This document shows, piece by piece, positions 27,286-39,089 of a stretch of DNA of 64,000 bases (the stretch's first letter is position 1; the number at the start of each line of letters is the position of its first letter). The notes under the pieces were generated by a model. That model was not told where the DNA came from, did not search any database, and was given only the letters and a program-made list of their open reading frames with translations. The stretch comes from Alloascoidea hylecoeti. Taxonomy: Eukaryota. The position numbers were made by a program, and so were the translations under genes. The DNA lies in NCBI GenBank assembly GCA_001600815.1, contig BCKZ01000003.1, positions 748,581 to 812,580 on the forward strand, read 5' to 3'.

Positions 27286-29500
27286 AACAAAAATTAAAAA
27301 TAAAATCACGATAAAATTTTAAAATAAATCTTGTGATTTAATGGTTCCTAAAGGAATGGATATTAAAATTGAAATGATAATTGGTTTTTAAAAATATTTG
27401 TAATGTTTCTTGCTTTTTTTTCTATTCATATCTTTTTTTATCTTCATATTTTTACTTTTCTTTCTATGGTAATGAAATGCAGGGCTTCTAATTCTGATTA
27501 TTGTAATTGTTTAGTCACATTATATGCTATATATGCTAAGTTCAAGTAGTGATAAATTAAAAGAATTGAATGAATTTGTAATGTTAGCTAATTTACCCTG
27601 TGAGTTTTGCAACGTTATTAATATCAGTATTGGTATTAGATATAAATAAAATCTAGTAAATTCTGAATTTGGGTATCTACTATAGGCATGCATCAAGGAG
27701 AGGCACGAAACTTAAATATCGATATCTCTTAAATTTAACTATTTATAGAAAAGGAACTAATCTTAGGTGAGACACAGGATTATAAAGATATGACGTCGTT
27801 CAACAGGTGGAATACGCATGTTCTTCGCATAATTCAACATTTCATCAACGTTAAGGATAGGGTACTACATTATTGGAAATCCCTCTCACAGCTGCGCTAA
27901 CTCTAAAAGATATCCCATTCAAGTTTTTTAAGTGAATTGAGTACTTTGCGTACGACACTGACATATTTATGAAGTAGTGCCGTTAGGACTCAAACTTATG
28001 CAGCAGATGAGCAGCCTTCTCACCAGAAGTTGAATATTTTTCCATAAAACCGGCCAACTAGTTTTTCAAAACTTCTTCTGGATTGACAGTTATTTCACTT
28101 AATTTCGGCCATAATGATCAATAAGTATCGGCCATATCCATAGCTAATTTCGGCGGGAGTTTGGCACCGATGTTGCTCCATATCGATATTAATGTGTCAC
28201 TCCGGTAATAATATGGCTGATTATTAATCTTAATAGTCAAATTAAGTGAAATAAATGGGCCTGTTTTTTTTGAAACAAAAAAGTATATATATTATAAAAT
28301 GGTTACATTTGTAGTTTACTTAACAGTTTATTCCAATGCACCTTTCATTAGAAAAACAGTCTAAAGCATATTAATTATAGCTATACAAGAAGTATAATGG
28401 GGAAAATTTACGTCCTAGTCAAAAATTACATCTTCAGATGGCTCACTTTTTGGAACTATATGATAAGCGTGGAAACCAGCCATTGATATCCAAAAACATA
28501 ATAATATATATAATAAATGAATTCGTTATCATGCCGTAAGACTTAGTAAATTTGTGCATTGTATAATACTTTAGGTGTGATTTAGAGATAAAACTGTAGT
28601 AAGGTGTGAGAATTAAGAAGATTTATAAATCTTTGGAAGACCACCCCGAAACGCGAAAAACATCTAAATTTGTTCAAATAACCAGATTCACCATCCAACT
28701 ACCACCAGAAATTAAAATGGCACGTACAAGATCTATTCGGAATGAGACTTAGCGTAAGAAAAAGATAGTCCTCTCAACTGTGAAATACAAACGGAAACAC
28801 ATGAATGACGTCGTCCCTAAAAGTTTCCAAAAAATTGGTATGTATAACTTTACATGATCGTTTCAACGGTTTATTAACACGAAAAACAGAGAAACCGAGA
28901 AAAAAATTATTTTACCTGCGAAGTTTGTAGAAGAAAGTTACGAAATAAGCTGAAAGCATATAAAGTTTATGATGTGTCAGAGGATGAATTTTGCGTTTGT
29001 TGAGCAGTGGCTCGGGGGTTCAGGTTGCATTATCTAATATATCTACTACAGTTCTTGAAGATCTCTTAAAAAAATATCTGAAGTGAAATCCAGACCTCTA
29101 AGAAAGTAAAACCACTAATTATACTTAATTTTCCAGAGACAACGAAGAGAAATGTCTGTCGTGAAGTTGGTTCTACTTGAGGTGAATACCTTAAATCGGT
29201 GAAGAAATCTCACTCCATAACAGAAATCAAAAATTGTATATTGGAAAAACATTATTAGAATTAAGATCAAGTAGATTTTAGTGACAGAGTTTAATTTATA
29301 TTTATATTTGTTTTTGGTTTAGAAAATAGTGGGGGGGAATTTAACAATATTTTCAGATTCGGGTACGCTTATTTCGGTTGTAAGTTTTCGGTTTAGCTGC
29401 CCATATGTCAATATTGCATTTCCAATCACGTGTCACATACAATATTGACAGTTGTATAACGTTATCAGTGTTATCACATTATATATTTCATACTGCCCAT

Positions 29501-30727
29501 ATGACTATGAGTTCCACGGCAATAGTGCTCATAAACACTGGCGATTCCGAGGCATACACTTTGTTCTCCACCACCGTTGAACCTCCCTATCAACTGATTA
29601 AAAGGGAGCTTACGTTTGAGGAAATAAAAAACCCGCTATATACAGAAGTACCAGTGATTGACTTGAAACACCTTCCTGAATATTTATTAAGTACAATTCA
29701 CATCATTGATTCAGTAAATGCTGGTTCTCATAATCCGGATATATATGAGAATATTTTACAACCCATTCTGGAATCTCTTAGGTTGAATCATACTTACATT
29801 CAAACAACAGCGGTTACATCCATTGCTAACTATGCCAAAGATTTGAAAGTCGTACCGACTACAATTGTATTACTTTCCGGTGACACGTCTATCCATGAGT
29901 TTATCAATTCGTTGCGGAGTAATAAAACTGATAAAACAAAACTATTTCTTTCAGTTATACCAACTGGAACAGGAAATGCTCTAGCCTCATCGTTAGGGTA
30001 TCCTAATCCGGTAACTGCAATTAAAGCATTCTTCAGAGGAAATAATAACCCTTTAAACATTCCAAAGGTTGAATTCTCCTCTGGTTCCTATGACTTAGGA
30101 ACAAAAAGCTCGATAACAGATTTGAGATGGATTGTTGTTGTATCATGGGGATTCCATGCTGCCCTAGTTGCAGATAGTAGTTCATCTGAATACAGTAAAC
30201 TTGGTACTCAAAAATTTAAAATTGCCGCTGAGAAAAACTTAAGTAGAGATCAGATTTATAAAGGGACGGTGGATTTTAAAGGTTCTCAAATAACGTCTTT
30301 AACCGAACCACCCAAGACGGATCAATTGAACGATGTGCACTTACCTGGTCCTCACTCCTACTTATTAATAACAAATGTATCCAATCTCGAGGAAAAATTC
30401 ATTATATCACCGAAATCTAAACCTGCAAATAATGGGAAGTTACATCTAGTAGAATTTGGTTTTGTGAATGGTGAAAAAATTATGGAGATCATGAATCAAG
30501 TCTATCTTCAAGGGAAACATATTGAAAATCCTGAAGTAGGATATTTTGAATTAAAGAAACCTGATAGGTCTTCACCTACTCTTGTTATTCAAGCAAACGA
30601 GGAAGAGGAGCAGAACAGAAGATGGTGTGTTGATGGGCGTATAGTTGTACTTGGTGGAGACCAAAAAGTGATCATCAGACACTCGGATAACATTGTAAAC
30701 CGTTGGGAACTTCAAATTATCGGCTAA
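29501..30727 (+). CDS. Diacylglycerol/sphingoid-base kinase catalytic-domain protein
   Basis: Motifs LLSGDTSIHEFIN, IPTGTGNALA, VVSWGFHAALVADS, RRWCVDG. The ORF is open from 29405, but ATG 29501 or 29507 is the more plausible start. Confidence 0.85.
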   Translation: MTMSSTAIVLINTGDSEAYTLFSTTVEPPYQLIKRELTFEEIKNPLYTEVPVIDLKHLPEYLLSTIHIIDSVNAGSHNPDIYENILQPILESLRLNHTYIQTTAVTSIANYAKDLKVVPTTIVLLSGDTSIHEFINSLRSNKTDKTKLFLSVIPTGTGNALASSLGYPNPVTAIKAFFRGNNNPLNIPKVEFSSGSYDLGTKSSITDLRWIVVVSWGFHAALVADSSSSEYSKLGTQKFKIAAEKNLSRDQIYKGTVDFKGSQITSLTEPPKTDQLNDVHLPGPHSYLLITNVSNLEEKFIISPKSKPANNGKLHLVEFGFVNGEKIMEIMNQVYLQGKHIENPEVGYFELKKPDRSSPTLVIQANEEEEQNRRWCVDGRIVVLGGDQKVIIRHSDNIVNRWELQIIG

Positions 30728-31548
30728 ATTCTTTTTATTAATAAGGTATAGAAATTTTTAGGTCCTATAGAAATTTTTTATTATAACTCTGGTAATGGAA
30801 TTCGTTTACAGTGGAGGGAATTATTTAGTCTATACTTATAATAAAAAAATATATCACAAAAATATAAAAAAGAGTATGTTTTGAAACACCATTGTAAAGT
30901 ATTGAAGTCACTTCAACATGATGATAGGGTAGGTGCACGTACAACCGCTTAAAAAGGTTGCTCGATTCAAATAAGATTGTAACATTTGGGACCTATCGAG
31001 GGAAGGAAAAAGAGTGTGAAAAAGAAGTAAAATGAGCACTTGATGCTGGCCAAGAGGAACGATGTTTTCTGTAAACTTTTCGAGGCTGTTTGACTTTTTA
31101 AGGTAGTAAAAAGGACAATAATACATCTATTTTGCGGTTAAAACCAGATCTTGGGTTGGTATTGCTTTTGCTTTTAAAAAAATCAAACTGTGTCAAATTG
31201 TCAATAGACAAAGCTGCTCAATGATTTTCTTCAAAGAAACATAAGAGCAATGTAATATTTGGGTCATAGTATTTAAAGATGACCAGTTCTAAACTGTGTG
31301 ATTGTACTAATTATCTTTTGTTTCTCGGGTTTTCAATAAAGCTAAGTCATATTAAAGCTTTGAAATTTGTTAGATATAGGCCATCTAAACATGCCATATG
31401 GATTCATACCTTACAGACTCATTCTTTTACTAAGTCTGGACTCATCAAACAGACCAGTATAGAAATGGGTTAAACTTCCTCTAATATACATCATCTTAAT
31501 ATTCATCTTCATCCAGAGGAGGATCAATACGCAACGTGCATTAGCGCT

Positions 31549-31599
31549 GCGATGCGATATCAAAAGTTACCCGGCTCGTACAACCTGAAAAATAATTTT
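31549..31599 (+). promoter_or_regulatory. PAC-like (GCGATGCG) and RRPE-like (TGAAAAATAATTTT) ribosome-biogenesis promoter elements
   Basis: Imperfect matches 60-110 bp upstream of the NOP13 ATG. Confidence 0.35.
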
Positions 31600-31659
31600 T
31601 GGATAAAATTTTATTTAAAGTGTGTATCAAACATCAAAATAAAAAACATATTAATTACC

Positions 31660-32994
31660 ATGTCCGGCTCCGATTCTGATTCCGACTCATCTCCGAGAGA
31701 ACTCGTAGAGACAAAGGTTGACCTGAGTATTTCCGAGAAGGAAGAAAAAAAGATCAAGAAGAAAGATAAAAAGGAGAAAAAGGACAAAAAAGATAAAAAG
31801 GACAAAAAGAGTAAAAGTTCTTCCAAAGATAAAAAAGAAAAATCTTCTAAACGTGATTTGGAAGAAATTGAAATCGATCTTAATGAACCAGAACCATTGT
31901 CAAAGAAGCAAAAACGATTATTGAAAAAGAACAAATTAAATATAAAGACAGAACCAACAGAAGAAGAAAAGAAAAAGAATGAAGAAAAGAAATCAGACAT
32001 GAATGGAAAAAAGTCTAAGTATGGTGCTTGGGTTGGAAATTTATCATTTGATACGACAGCTGATGATATTCGAAGGTTCTTAGTCTTTAAGACAAAATAT
32101 TATGGAGCAAAGAAACCTGATACCAAGGAGGATGATAATAATGAAAATGAAGAAAATGAAAATGAAAATGAAAATGAAATTTCAGAAGTTGATCACACAT
32201 CTAGATTAACTCCTATCCTAGATGAAGATGTTCTCAGAGTGTTTTTACCAACTGCAAGTCATAGCACTAAAAATAAAGGTTATGCATATGTTGATTTCTC
32301 TTCTCAAAAACAACTCACCACAGCAATTTCGTTATCTGAAGAATTTCTAAATGGAAGAAATCTTCTAATAAAGGATGCTACTTCTTATGAAGGTCGTCCT
32401 AAAAAAGAGCATACTGTTACTGGTGGTGTTTCCGTTTCTAAAAATCCTCCATCAAAAATTTTATTTGTTGGTAATTTATCATTTGATACAACCAAAGATC
32501 AAGTTGAACAAAATTTTCAACATTGTGGTGAAATAACTAAGATACGAATGGCAACATTTGAAGATACTGGGAAGTGTAAAGGTTTTGCATTCATTGATTT
32601 TATGGATGTTGAAGGAGCCACCAAGGGTCTCACAGATAAAAGTTGTTGGAGTCTTAATGGTCGTAAATTAAGAATGGAATATGGAGAAGATAGATCTAAT
32701 CGCAGGCCTAAATCTACTAGGCCACAATCTTCTTTTAGAGAACGAGGAGAAAATGAGAATAAAAACCACACAGAACCAAGTGATTCTACATCATCAGCTC
32801 CTCGAGAATTCAAACATACTAATAATGATGATAAGCCATGGGAATCCCAGAAACCACAAAGAAGTTTTGAAAAAAAGAGATTTAATTCATATAATAGTCA
32901 AAGGAAAATTAAATCTGGATTAGCTCTAGCGACTGCTCAAAGACAAAGTGTATCAATTGTTCCATCATCTGGTAAAAAGATTAAATTTGATTAA
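31660..32994 (+). CDS. NOP13: Nucleolar two-RRM protein Nop13
   Basis: Motifs EIEIDLNEPEPLSKKQKR, RRM1 AWVGNLSF..KGYAYVDF..LNGRNLLIK, RRM2 LFVGNLSF..IRMATFEDTGKCKGFAFIDF, C-terminal GKKIKFD. Start taken at MSGSDSD. Confidence 0.8.
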   Translation: MSGSDSDSDSSPRELVETKVDLSISEKEEKKIKKKDKKEKKDKKDKKDKKSKSSSKDKKEKSSKRDLEEIEIDLNEPEPLSKKQKRLLKKNKLNIKTEPTEEEKKKNEEKKSDMNGKKSKYGAWVGNLSFDTTADDIRRFLVFKTKYYGAKKPDTKEDDNNENEENENENENEISEVDHTSRLTPILDEDVLRVFLPTASHSTKNKGYAYVDFSSQKQLTTAISLSEEFLNGRNLLIKDATSYEGRPKKEHTVTGGVSVSKNPPSKILFVGNLSFDTTKDQVEQNFQHCGEITKIRMATFEDTGKCKGFAFIDFMDVEGATKGLTDKSCWSLNGRKLRMEYGEDRSNRRPKSTRPQSSFRERGENENKNHTEPSDSTSSAPREFKHTNNDDKPWESQKPQRSFEKKRFNSYNSQRKIKSGLALATAQRQSVSIVPSSGKKIKFD

Positions 32995-33083
32995 TTCTAT
33001 TTTTATTTTTGACTATAATTACGTATTAAATTATTACATTAGTTAGGCATTAATTTTTATCATCATGTATATGACATGTTACA

Positions 33084-34364
33084 TCATTGAGATCTTGAAA
33101 ATCTCTTTCTTTTAGTGTGTCGTATAGTATTTTCATCATCATTCCCTGAAAGCTTACGTTTAATTTTTGGTATATTAGTTTTGTTTTTTTTATTGTCTGT
33201 TTCAAGCGTATCATATCCCATTTCTACTTGATGACATCCTTCTTTAAGTAATGCTACAATTTCTTCCCCATAAATATCCACAAAAGACCATCTTTCAGTA
33301 ATATTTTTTAAACTCTTAAGATCTGTTATTGTATTCGAATTTCTAGCAATAGCATTGACTATTGGAAGAGGCATAATAACATTATGAAGACATGTATAAT
33401 CATTGAATTTATATGGTCCATTTTCTTTAACTTTTTTAATTCTCCAAGCAAATAACTGCATTGTAATATAATTAACAAGACGTGTTGGTGCAGTACAAGT
33501 TTTTGGAATGTATTGATAGTCTAGGTTAAATGTTTGGATTAGCTTCAAGATATCCTGGCTATATTCAATGAAACCTCTCCAGGATATTGTTGCTTCTTGA
33601 CAAGTGAAATTATATAGATCTTTCATATTCGTTATTTTGGTGAAATTTAGACAGATTTTTTCTTTTATTTCTAAAGGAATGATATATTCTAAAATTTCAT
33701 CTAAATTTTCTGATTCTGATTTCTTTTGATAAATTTTAGCATGTTCATTAGCCCAATTATTCAAAGTATGTCTAAATTCTGCACTTAAGGCCTCAGTAGT
33801 TGGATATATTATTAATTCTTGTGTTCGATTAGTTGTAAATATTTTTTGACTTGTCATTTTATCATATCTTATGACATTATCCACCTTAACATTTGGTCTT
33901 ACAGGAGTTCCATTATAACTCTTTGTATAATTTGAACAAGCAGATTTAACAAGTGTATAAACTCTTTTACCATATTTATTATACCAAGACCATCCATTAG
34001 TTACTTCTTTAAATTTATCTGTTGTGATTATACTTTTTGCATTCTTTGCAATGTTGTCGATTATCTTGTCCGTGATAATAAGATAACTATTTAAATGTGG
34101 TGATTTTAAAAATGAAGGAATTGATATTTTTTGGGCTTCTTTTTCTCTCCATTCACGAAGGATTGATTTGATTTGTTTTTGTAATAATTGTGGAGTTTTA
34201 TAAAAATCATCTTGTTCATCACAAATATTATCCGAAATATCATTTACAGTAGAATATAAAATTATTCTCCTAATTAGATCATTTTTATCAACATCATCAG
34301 ATAATCCCAATTTGATACATTTATCTTTAAGATCTTCGATAGTTAATTTATAAAGACCATTCAT
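33084..34364 (-). CDS. Orphan protein: N-terminal SAP-like motif, three HRDC-like repeats and a basic NLS-like tail
   Basis: Intact 426-codon ORF. LTIEDLKDKCIKLGL..KNDLIRRI (SAP-like). Three repeats of L..W...II...I..I..I.....W....Y...I..L. Tail KRKLS..KRKRF. Confidence 0.7.
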   Translation of the reverse strand: MNGLYKLTIEDLKDKCIKLGLSDDVDKNDLIRRIILYSTVNDISDNICDEQDDFYKTPQLLQKQIKSILREWREKEAQKISIPSFLKSPHLNSYLIITDKIIDNIAKNAKSIITTDKFKEVTNGWSWYNKYGKRVYTLVKSACSNYTKSYNGTPVRPNVKVDNVIRYDKMTSQKIFTTNRTQELIIYPTTEALSAEFRHTLNNWANEHAKIYQKKSESENLDEILEYIIPLEIKEKICLNFTKITNMKDLYNFTCQEATISWRGFIEYSQDILKLIQTFNLDYQYIPKTCTAPTRLVNYITMQLFAWRIKKVKENGPYKFNDYTCLHNVIMPLPIVNAIARNSNTITDLKSLKNITERWSFVDIYGEEIVALLKEGCHQVEMGYDTLETDNKKNKTNIPKIKRKLSGNDDENTIRHTKRKRFSRSQ

Positions 34365-34669
34365 TATGATGTGTAAAGCTTACTAGGATTGTGAGAAGAA
34401 ATTTTACAAGTTGAGGCTTGTTGTTATGGTACTTGTTGATTAGGCGACGGGCGTCTCACAAATTGTGCCGAACATTATTCAAACGATAGACAAAATAAAA
34501 TCGTCACCTGACATAAGAGTAATTCGTAGATTTTTGTGATATCATATAAATCAAATACAAATAGCTCAAAAAGTGCCAGTAAGTAAGAAAATCGTATAAA
34601 ACCAGTAATTTACTATCACAACTTTTTGAATCATTATAATTATTTTTTTTTCCTTTAAAAATAGAGTAT

Positions 34670-34675
34670 ACGCGT
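34670..34675. promoter_or_regulatory. MCB element (ACGCGT) about 300 bp upstream of the SAP-HRDC gene
   Basis: Exact ACGCGT in AT-rich DNA; function inferred only. Confidence 0.35.
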
Positions 34676-34804
34676 AATTGAAAAAGGAAATACGCTGCAT
34701 ATACGAAAATTATTACGTTATAATTACGATATTTCCTCCTTTTAAAAACAATTTCAAGATCTAGAATTTTGTATTTGCAAAAGAGAAATCTAATATCTAA
34801 TGTT

Positions 34805-36309
34805 TTACGAATTAAGTAGTTTAACAGTTTCTTGAACAACATCTCCCACATCAAATTGAGATCTTAAATAACGAAAAGGGATTTCCTTCCTTTCTTCTGA
34901 TCCCAACTTTGTTTCGTTTAATTTGAGTAATTCAATAAATTCATCATCACCTCTAACATTTCCCATTGATATTATCGCAACAGGTCTACCAGAGTTTACA
35001 ACCTGTTTAACCAATCCATAAGAACTATAAGTTGCTAAAGAAGTTCCTAAAACTAACAATTTATCACATTGATCTATCCATAATTGAGCTTTGTTTCTTA
35101 TATCATCAAGAATAGGTTCCCCAAAAAAAGTCACTGCTGGTTTTAAAATTCCAGCTTTTATTTCAAATGAGTTTGGATTATTATGCGCAGTTCTTTTTGG
35201 TTGACGTGATGGATGAATAGCTAGTAGTTCAGCACCTGCCCATTCGCCTTTATCACCAATTTCAACTAAACCTTTTGAAAGACAATTTGGACATGGAGGA
35301 TATTTAAATTTTTCATAAGATAAATGTAATAAATGATCTTTAGTATTATTTGAAGAAGAATTTGGATTTGGTTTTATTGAAGCAAGATCAATATCACCAT
35401 CTGGATTTATACGAATATTAGAAAGATCAATATCAAGATCCTTTTTCATATCTTCTTCAATATCAGGATCATCTTTTTCAATATTTAAATTTAAATGATT
35501 ATGATTATGATTAATATTTGAATTTCTTGGTAATATTTCATTTTTAGTTGTATGAAGAAATTCATGATATTCAAATTGATCTTTTCCAACTTTTTTGATT
35601 TTTGATAATTTATTAATTAGATGAAGTAATGGAATCCAATCAGAATTTAATTTTATTAATTCTTTTTGTAAAATTTCTCTAGAATATTTTGAGCCACACG
35701 TTAAACATACAGCATGAGCTAATGTTCCATGAAGTTCAAGTAGTTTTGATGATGGAATATCATGAGTATGAAGCATATCAACATCTAACCAAAGAAATGA
35801 AAGTATTTAATTTTGAATGTGTTAATTTTAGATAAAAATTAAAGCAATTAATCAGGTGGTTAATCAAGTAATTAATCAATCAACTAATATTAATGAAAAA
35901 TATATCACATACTTTGAGTTATTACACTGGATATCAAATTTTTATCTGCTAAATTTCCAAGACCTATATGTGCTCTTCCAACTCTACTTTTCGCTTCCTC
36001 CATTGTATTCCATCCAAGAAATCCACGAGCCCAATATCTTTGTCTTGATTCATGACTTGATATAAATTCTTGGTAAAAAATAGGACGATATTCTTTATGG
36101 ATTGTGTATGTTCCTTTTGGTCCACGATAATCAGGGATTCCGGATTCAACCGAGATACCAGCCCCTGTTAAAGCTAAAGTTGAAGAATTTACATTGTGTG
36201 ATTGAAGAAACGCAAGAAGAGCTCTAGATGTGTCTTTGAGAGTTCTGACCTCCGCTGGATAGTGTATTGCGGGTCCTGAACTGATATTAAAAGGTATCTT
36301 AAGACGCAT
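34805..36309 (-). CDS. Class II (SIRT4-like) NAD-dependent deacylase; exons 36309-35913 and 35784-34805 (458 aa)
   Basis: Motifs TGAGISVESGIPDYRG, RQRYWAR, ITQ|NVD (restored by splicing a 128-nt GTATGT..TTAG intron), ELHG..CxxC, NPDGD, CxxC, LKPAVTFFGE, GTSLATYS. Confidence 0.9.
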
Positions 36310-38619
36310 TTAATCCTTCAGCAAATAAAGTTTTCATTTTCTATATCATATTACATAATTTATTGTCTGGACTACACCTTTTTTCTTTCTTTTATCTAGG
36401 ATACATCGCTGAGGCCCGGAACCTTTGATCTAAGAAAAGAGCTCAAAAACTTGGTTTAGGTAGTATGTATTAAAACCACGGTTTGCGTGTGGGCTCTCCT
36501 GTTGGCTGTAATTGGTATAATTATGGATTTTGGTCGCCAATGGGATCCTTGGATTGGCATGTAAGCAAATAATCTCATTTATAGCTTACGTAACCATCAC
36601 TTTAATAACGCTACACAGGGAACTCCTTGTCATCTACATGTGCATAATTACTCTATTCAGTATTGTGATATGCTCTATTCTGTTATGTTATATTGCAAAG
36701 CGCTTGTAAGGATTTTTATTTGACTACTTTACCTACAATGGCAGTCTAAGTGAGACGTCCTTGTCAATTGCCCATAAATAATCTACAATTAAATTATAAC
36801 TTTAAACATAAAAATGATTGCAATTACAAATGCAAATAGCTATAGAAATATATATATAATTCTAAATATAAGTATGGATGGTGGGTATATCGCGCGTAAA
36901 TATAATCTAATAATAATAATAAATATAAAATTAGATTGTTTTAAACTCCGTTTAATAGAGTTTTCCCAAGTTGTTCTATCAGACAATCTATACATATAAG
37001 TTACAATAATCCAACTACAAATTTGATATCGCATTCCGAAATTGAATAGGCTTGATCTCATAATGGATATTTGATCTAGCTATGGATTTCACATGAGAAT
37101 TAATATCAACAGATTCAACAACGGCCAAGGCCGCCCTATTATATATAATATTATTAATATTGGTAAGTTACTGTTCTATTGCGATGAGACATATCTCCGC
37201 ACAGACGGACTGATAGCTGCCAGTGGTCTTCGGAAGATACCTCAGTTTTGATCTGGATTTTCTCGATGGAAGTCAAATATCCTAATCCGGATTATGAGAT
37301 CGCGATATAAGCCATCTATATCATATTGCAATAGAATTACATAATCCGAACCTTGCGTGCGTTTTTCAACGTTAAGAAGAAATATACTTTACACTTTACT
37401 CTTTACGCGCTGATGAAATGAGTTTCTTAAAATAGCAAAGAATCCATCATAAATCTCTTGATAGATCTACAATTGTGGCTCTTCTTATGTATCACTCACA
37501 ACAAGGAAAACGTTCAACGGTATACATGTGTACTTCAATATTAAAATATTTACATATTTATATAGTTATTTGGTAATTCATAATAATAGTAATATGGTGC
37601 GGAAAAAAAATGAAAGCGAAAATGAAAATGAAAGCAAAAATAAAAGCAAAATTAAAAGCAAAATGATGTAATACACCAACCTCAGTTACAATATAGCGCT
37701 ATAGATAGCAAATGACCAAAATCCCAAAATCAATTGCAAATAAAATCAAAAAATTCAAAAAATTCAAAAAATTCAAAAAATTCAAAAAATCAGAATAGAA
37801 AGTAAAAGATAACAAAATATATACAGATATATATTCACATGTTATGATGATATTAACAAAGAAACCAGCTAATGTTAAATTCATATAAGCAACGATAGAT
37901 CCATTATAAGAGAAGTAGATCAAAATACTTTAGGAAGAGATAAGTAAAGAAGATTATGTCCAGTATGCATAATTTTAAGGTTAATTCAATTACACTAATC
38001 AGCTTGAAGCTTGGATCAATTTAATTTTTTATTTAAATCTCTCTTTCAATAAGATAGATAACTTTTTTCTTTGAACTTTTGAGTGTAGCAAACTTTGAAT
38101 ATCAAATAGCCAACTTTTATTTCGAAGTATTGAAATTGTAAGCCAACTTAGGATACTAAAATAGCCAGCCATTGACACAAATATTTCTAATATTGTTTTT
38201 GTACTTGTTTTTGCAAGTTGAAATAAAACAAATAAAGTAAGGATGTTAAAATAATTCAGATTTGACCTCAGGTGTCCGACAGTAGAGTTAAGTATCTTAG
38301 AGATTGAAGATAAAACAGACCGGATGGCGAAGAGCAAGATATCGACTAGGAGACATGTCAAGAGGAACACTATTATAGTCATGGCACATATAAACTGAGG
38401 CCCACTGAAGTTAGATGAGACGTGATATGTAGGCATGCAAGATAAAGATAACAACATACAGATAATCTAATGATGGCAAGTTGGAGATGTAAGCAGACGG
38501 CTTGTCCCACGCGGTGGAAGTCGGGAAGGACGGGAAGAATGAATTGAAGGCTGGAGTCACCGACGGCCATTGATGCAAAAAGAACTTCGGATGCGGTGGG
38601 AGGAAAAGAGAGGAAAAAG

Positions 38620-39023
38620 ATGGTTTATATATGAAAGGAAAAAGTCGCAAGAGGGTGTCACGTGGGATGGAACGAAGGCACGTCTGCGTCTGCGGGTCGC
38701 TGCACCCCGACACTTTGGGACTCGGCCGCATGGGCACATGTGACCAGTGTGCCGATTACCAAGCGCTGACTCAGCCGGCCACGTGACCGGCCGGCTCGGA
38801 TTTGTCATGCATCACTGTGCCCTGCGAGTACCTGCACGCTGCACGTTTGCGTTTACGGCCGCGGCAGCCAATCAGAGGGCGGTGCTGGGCCACCTGGGCA
38901 GCTTCTTGTTTCTTAAGGGTCCTCGTGTTCAGGTCTTCAGCCGTGCGCTTCCTGATTGGGGAAACACACACACGACAGGAAAAAAAAGCATGAAAAGTCA
39001 AATGAAAAAAAAGCAATATAAAA
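38620..39023. promoter_or_regulatory. GC-rich PHO84 upstream region with Pho4/Cbf1-type E-boxes, a Gcn4-type site and two outward-facing TATA boxes
   Basis: CACGTG at 38659 and 38780, CACGTT at 38842, CACATGTG at 38735, TGACTCA at 38767. TATAAAA (+) at 39017 and TATATAAA (-) at 38631-38624. Confidence 0.75.
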
Positions 39024-39089
39024 CGGCTTTTTTTCCTATTTTTTATTTCTTCCAAATCTCAATAATCATTCATATTCCCTTTTATTTAA

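Noticed and set aside
27700..29340. Possible LTR-retrotransposon relic (G-run at about 29331 resembling a polypurine tract)
   Set aside because: No LTR pair and no convincing RT, RNase H or integrase motif in any frame I could read.
37181..37215. C/D-box snoRNA-like GATGA..CTGA
   Set aside because: Too short, no terminal stem and no recognisable rRNA guide.
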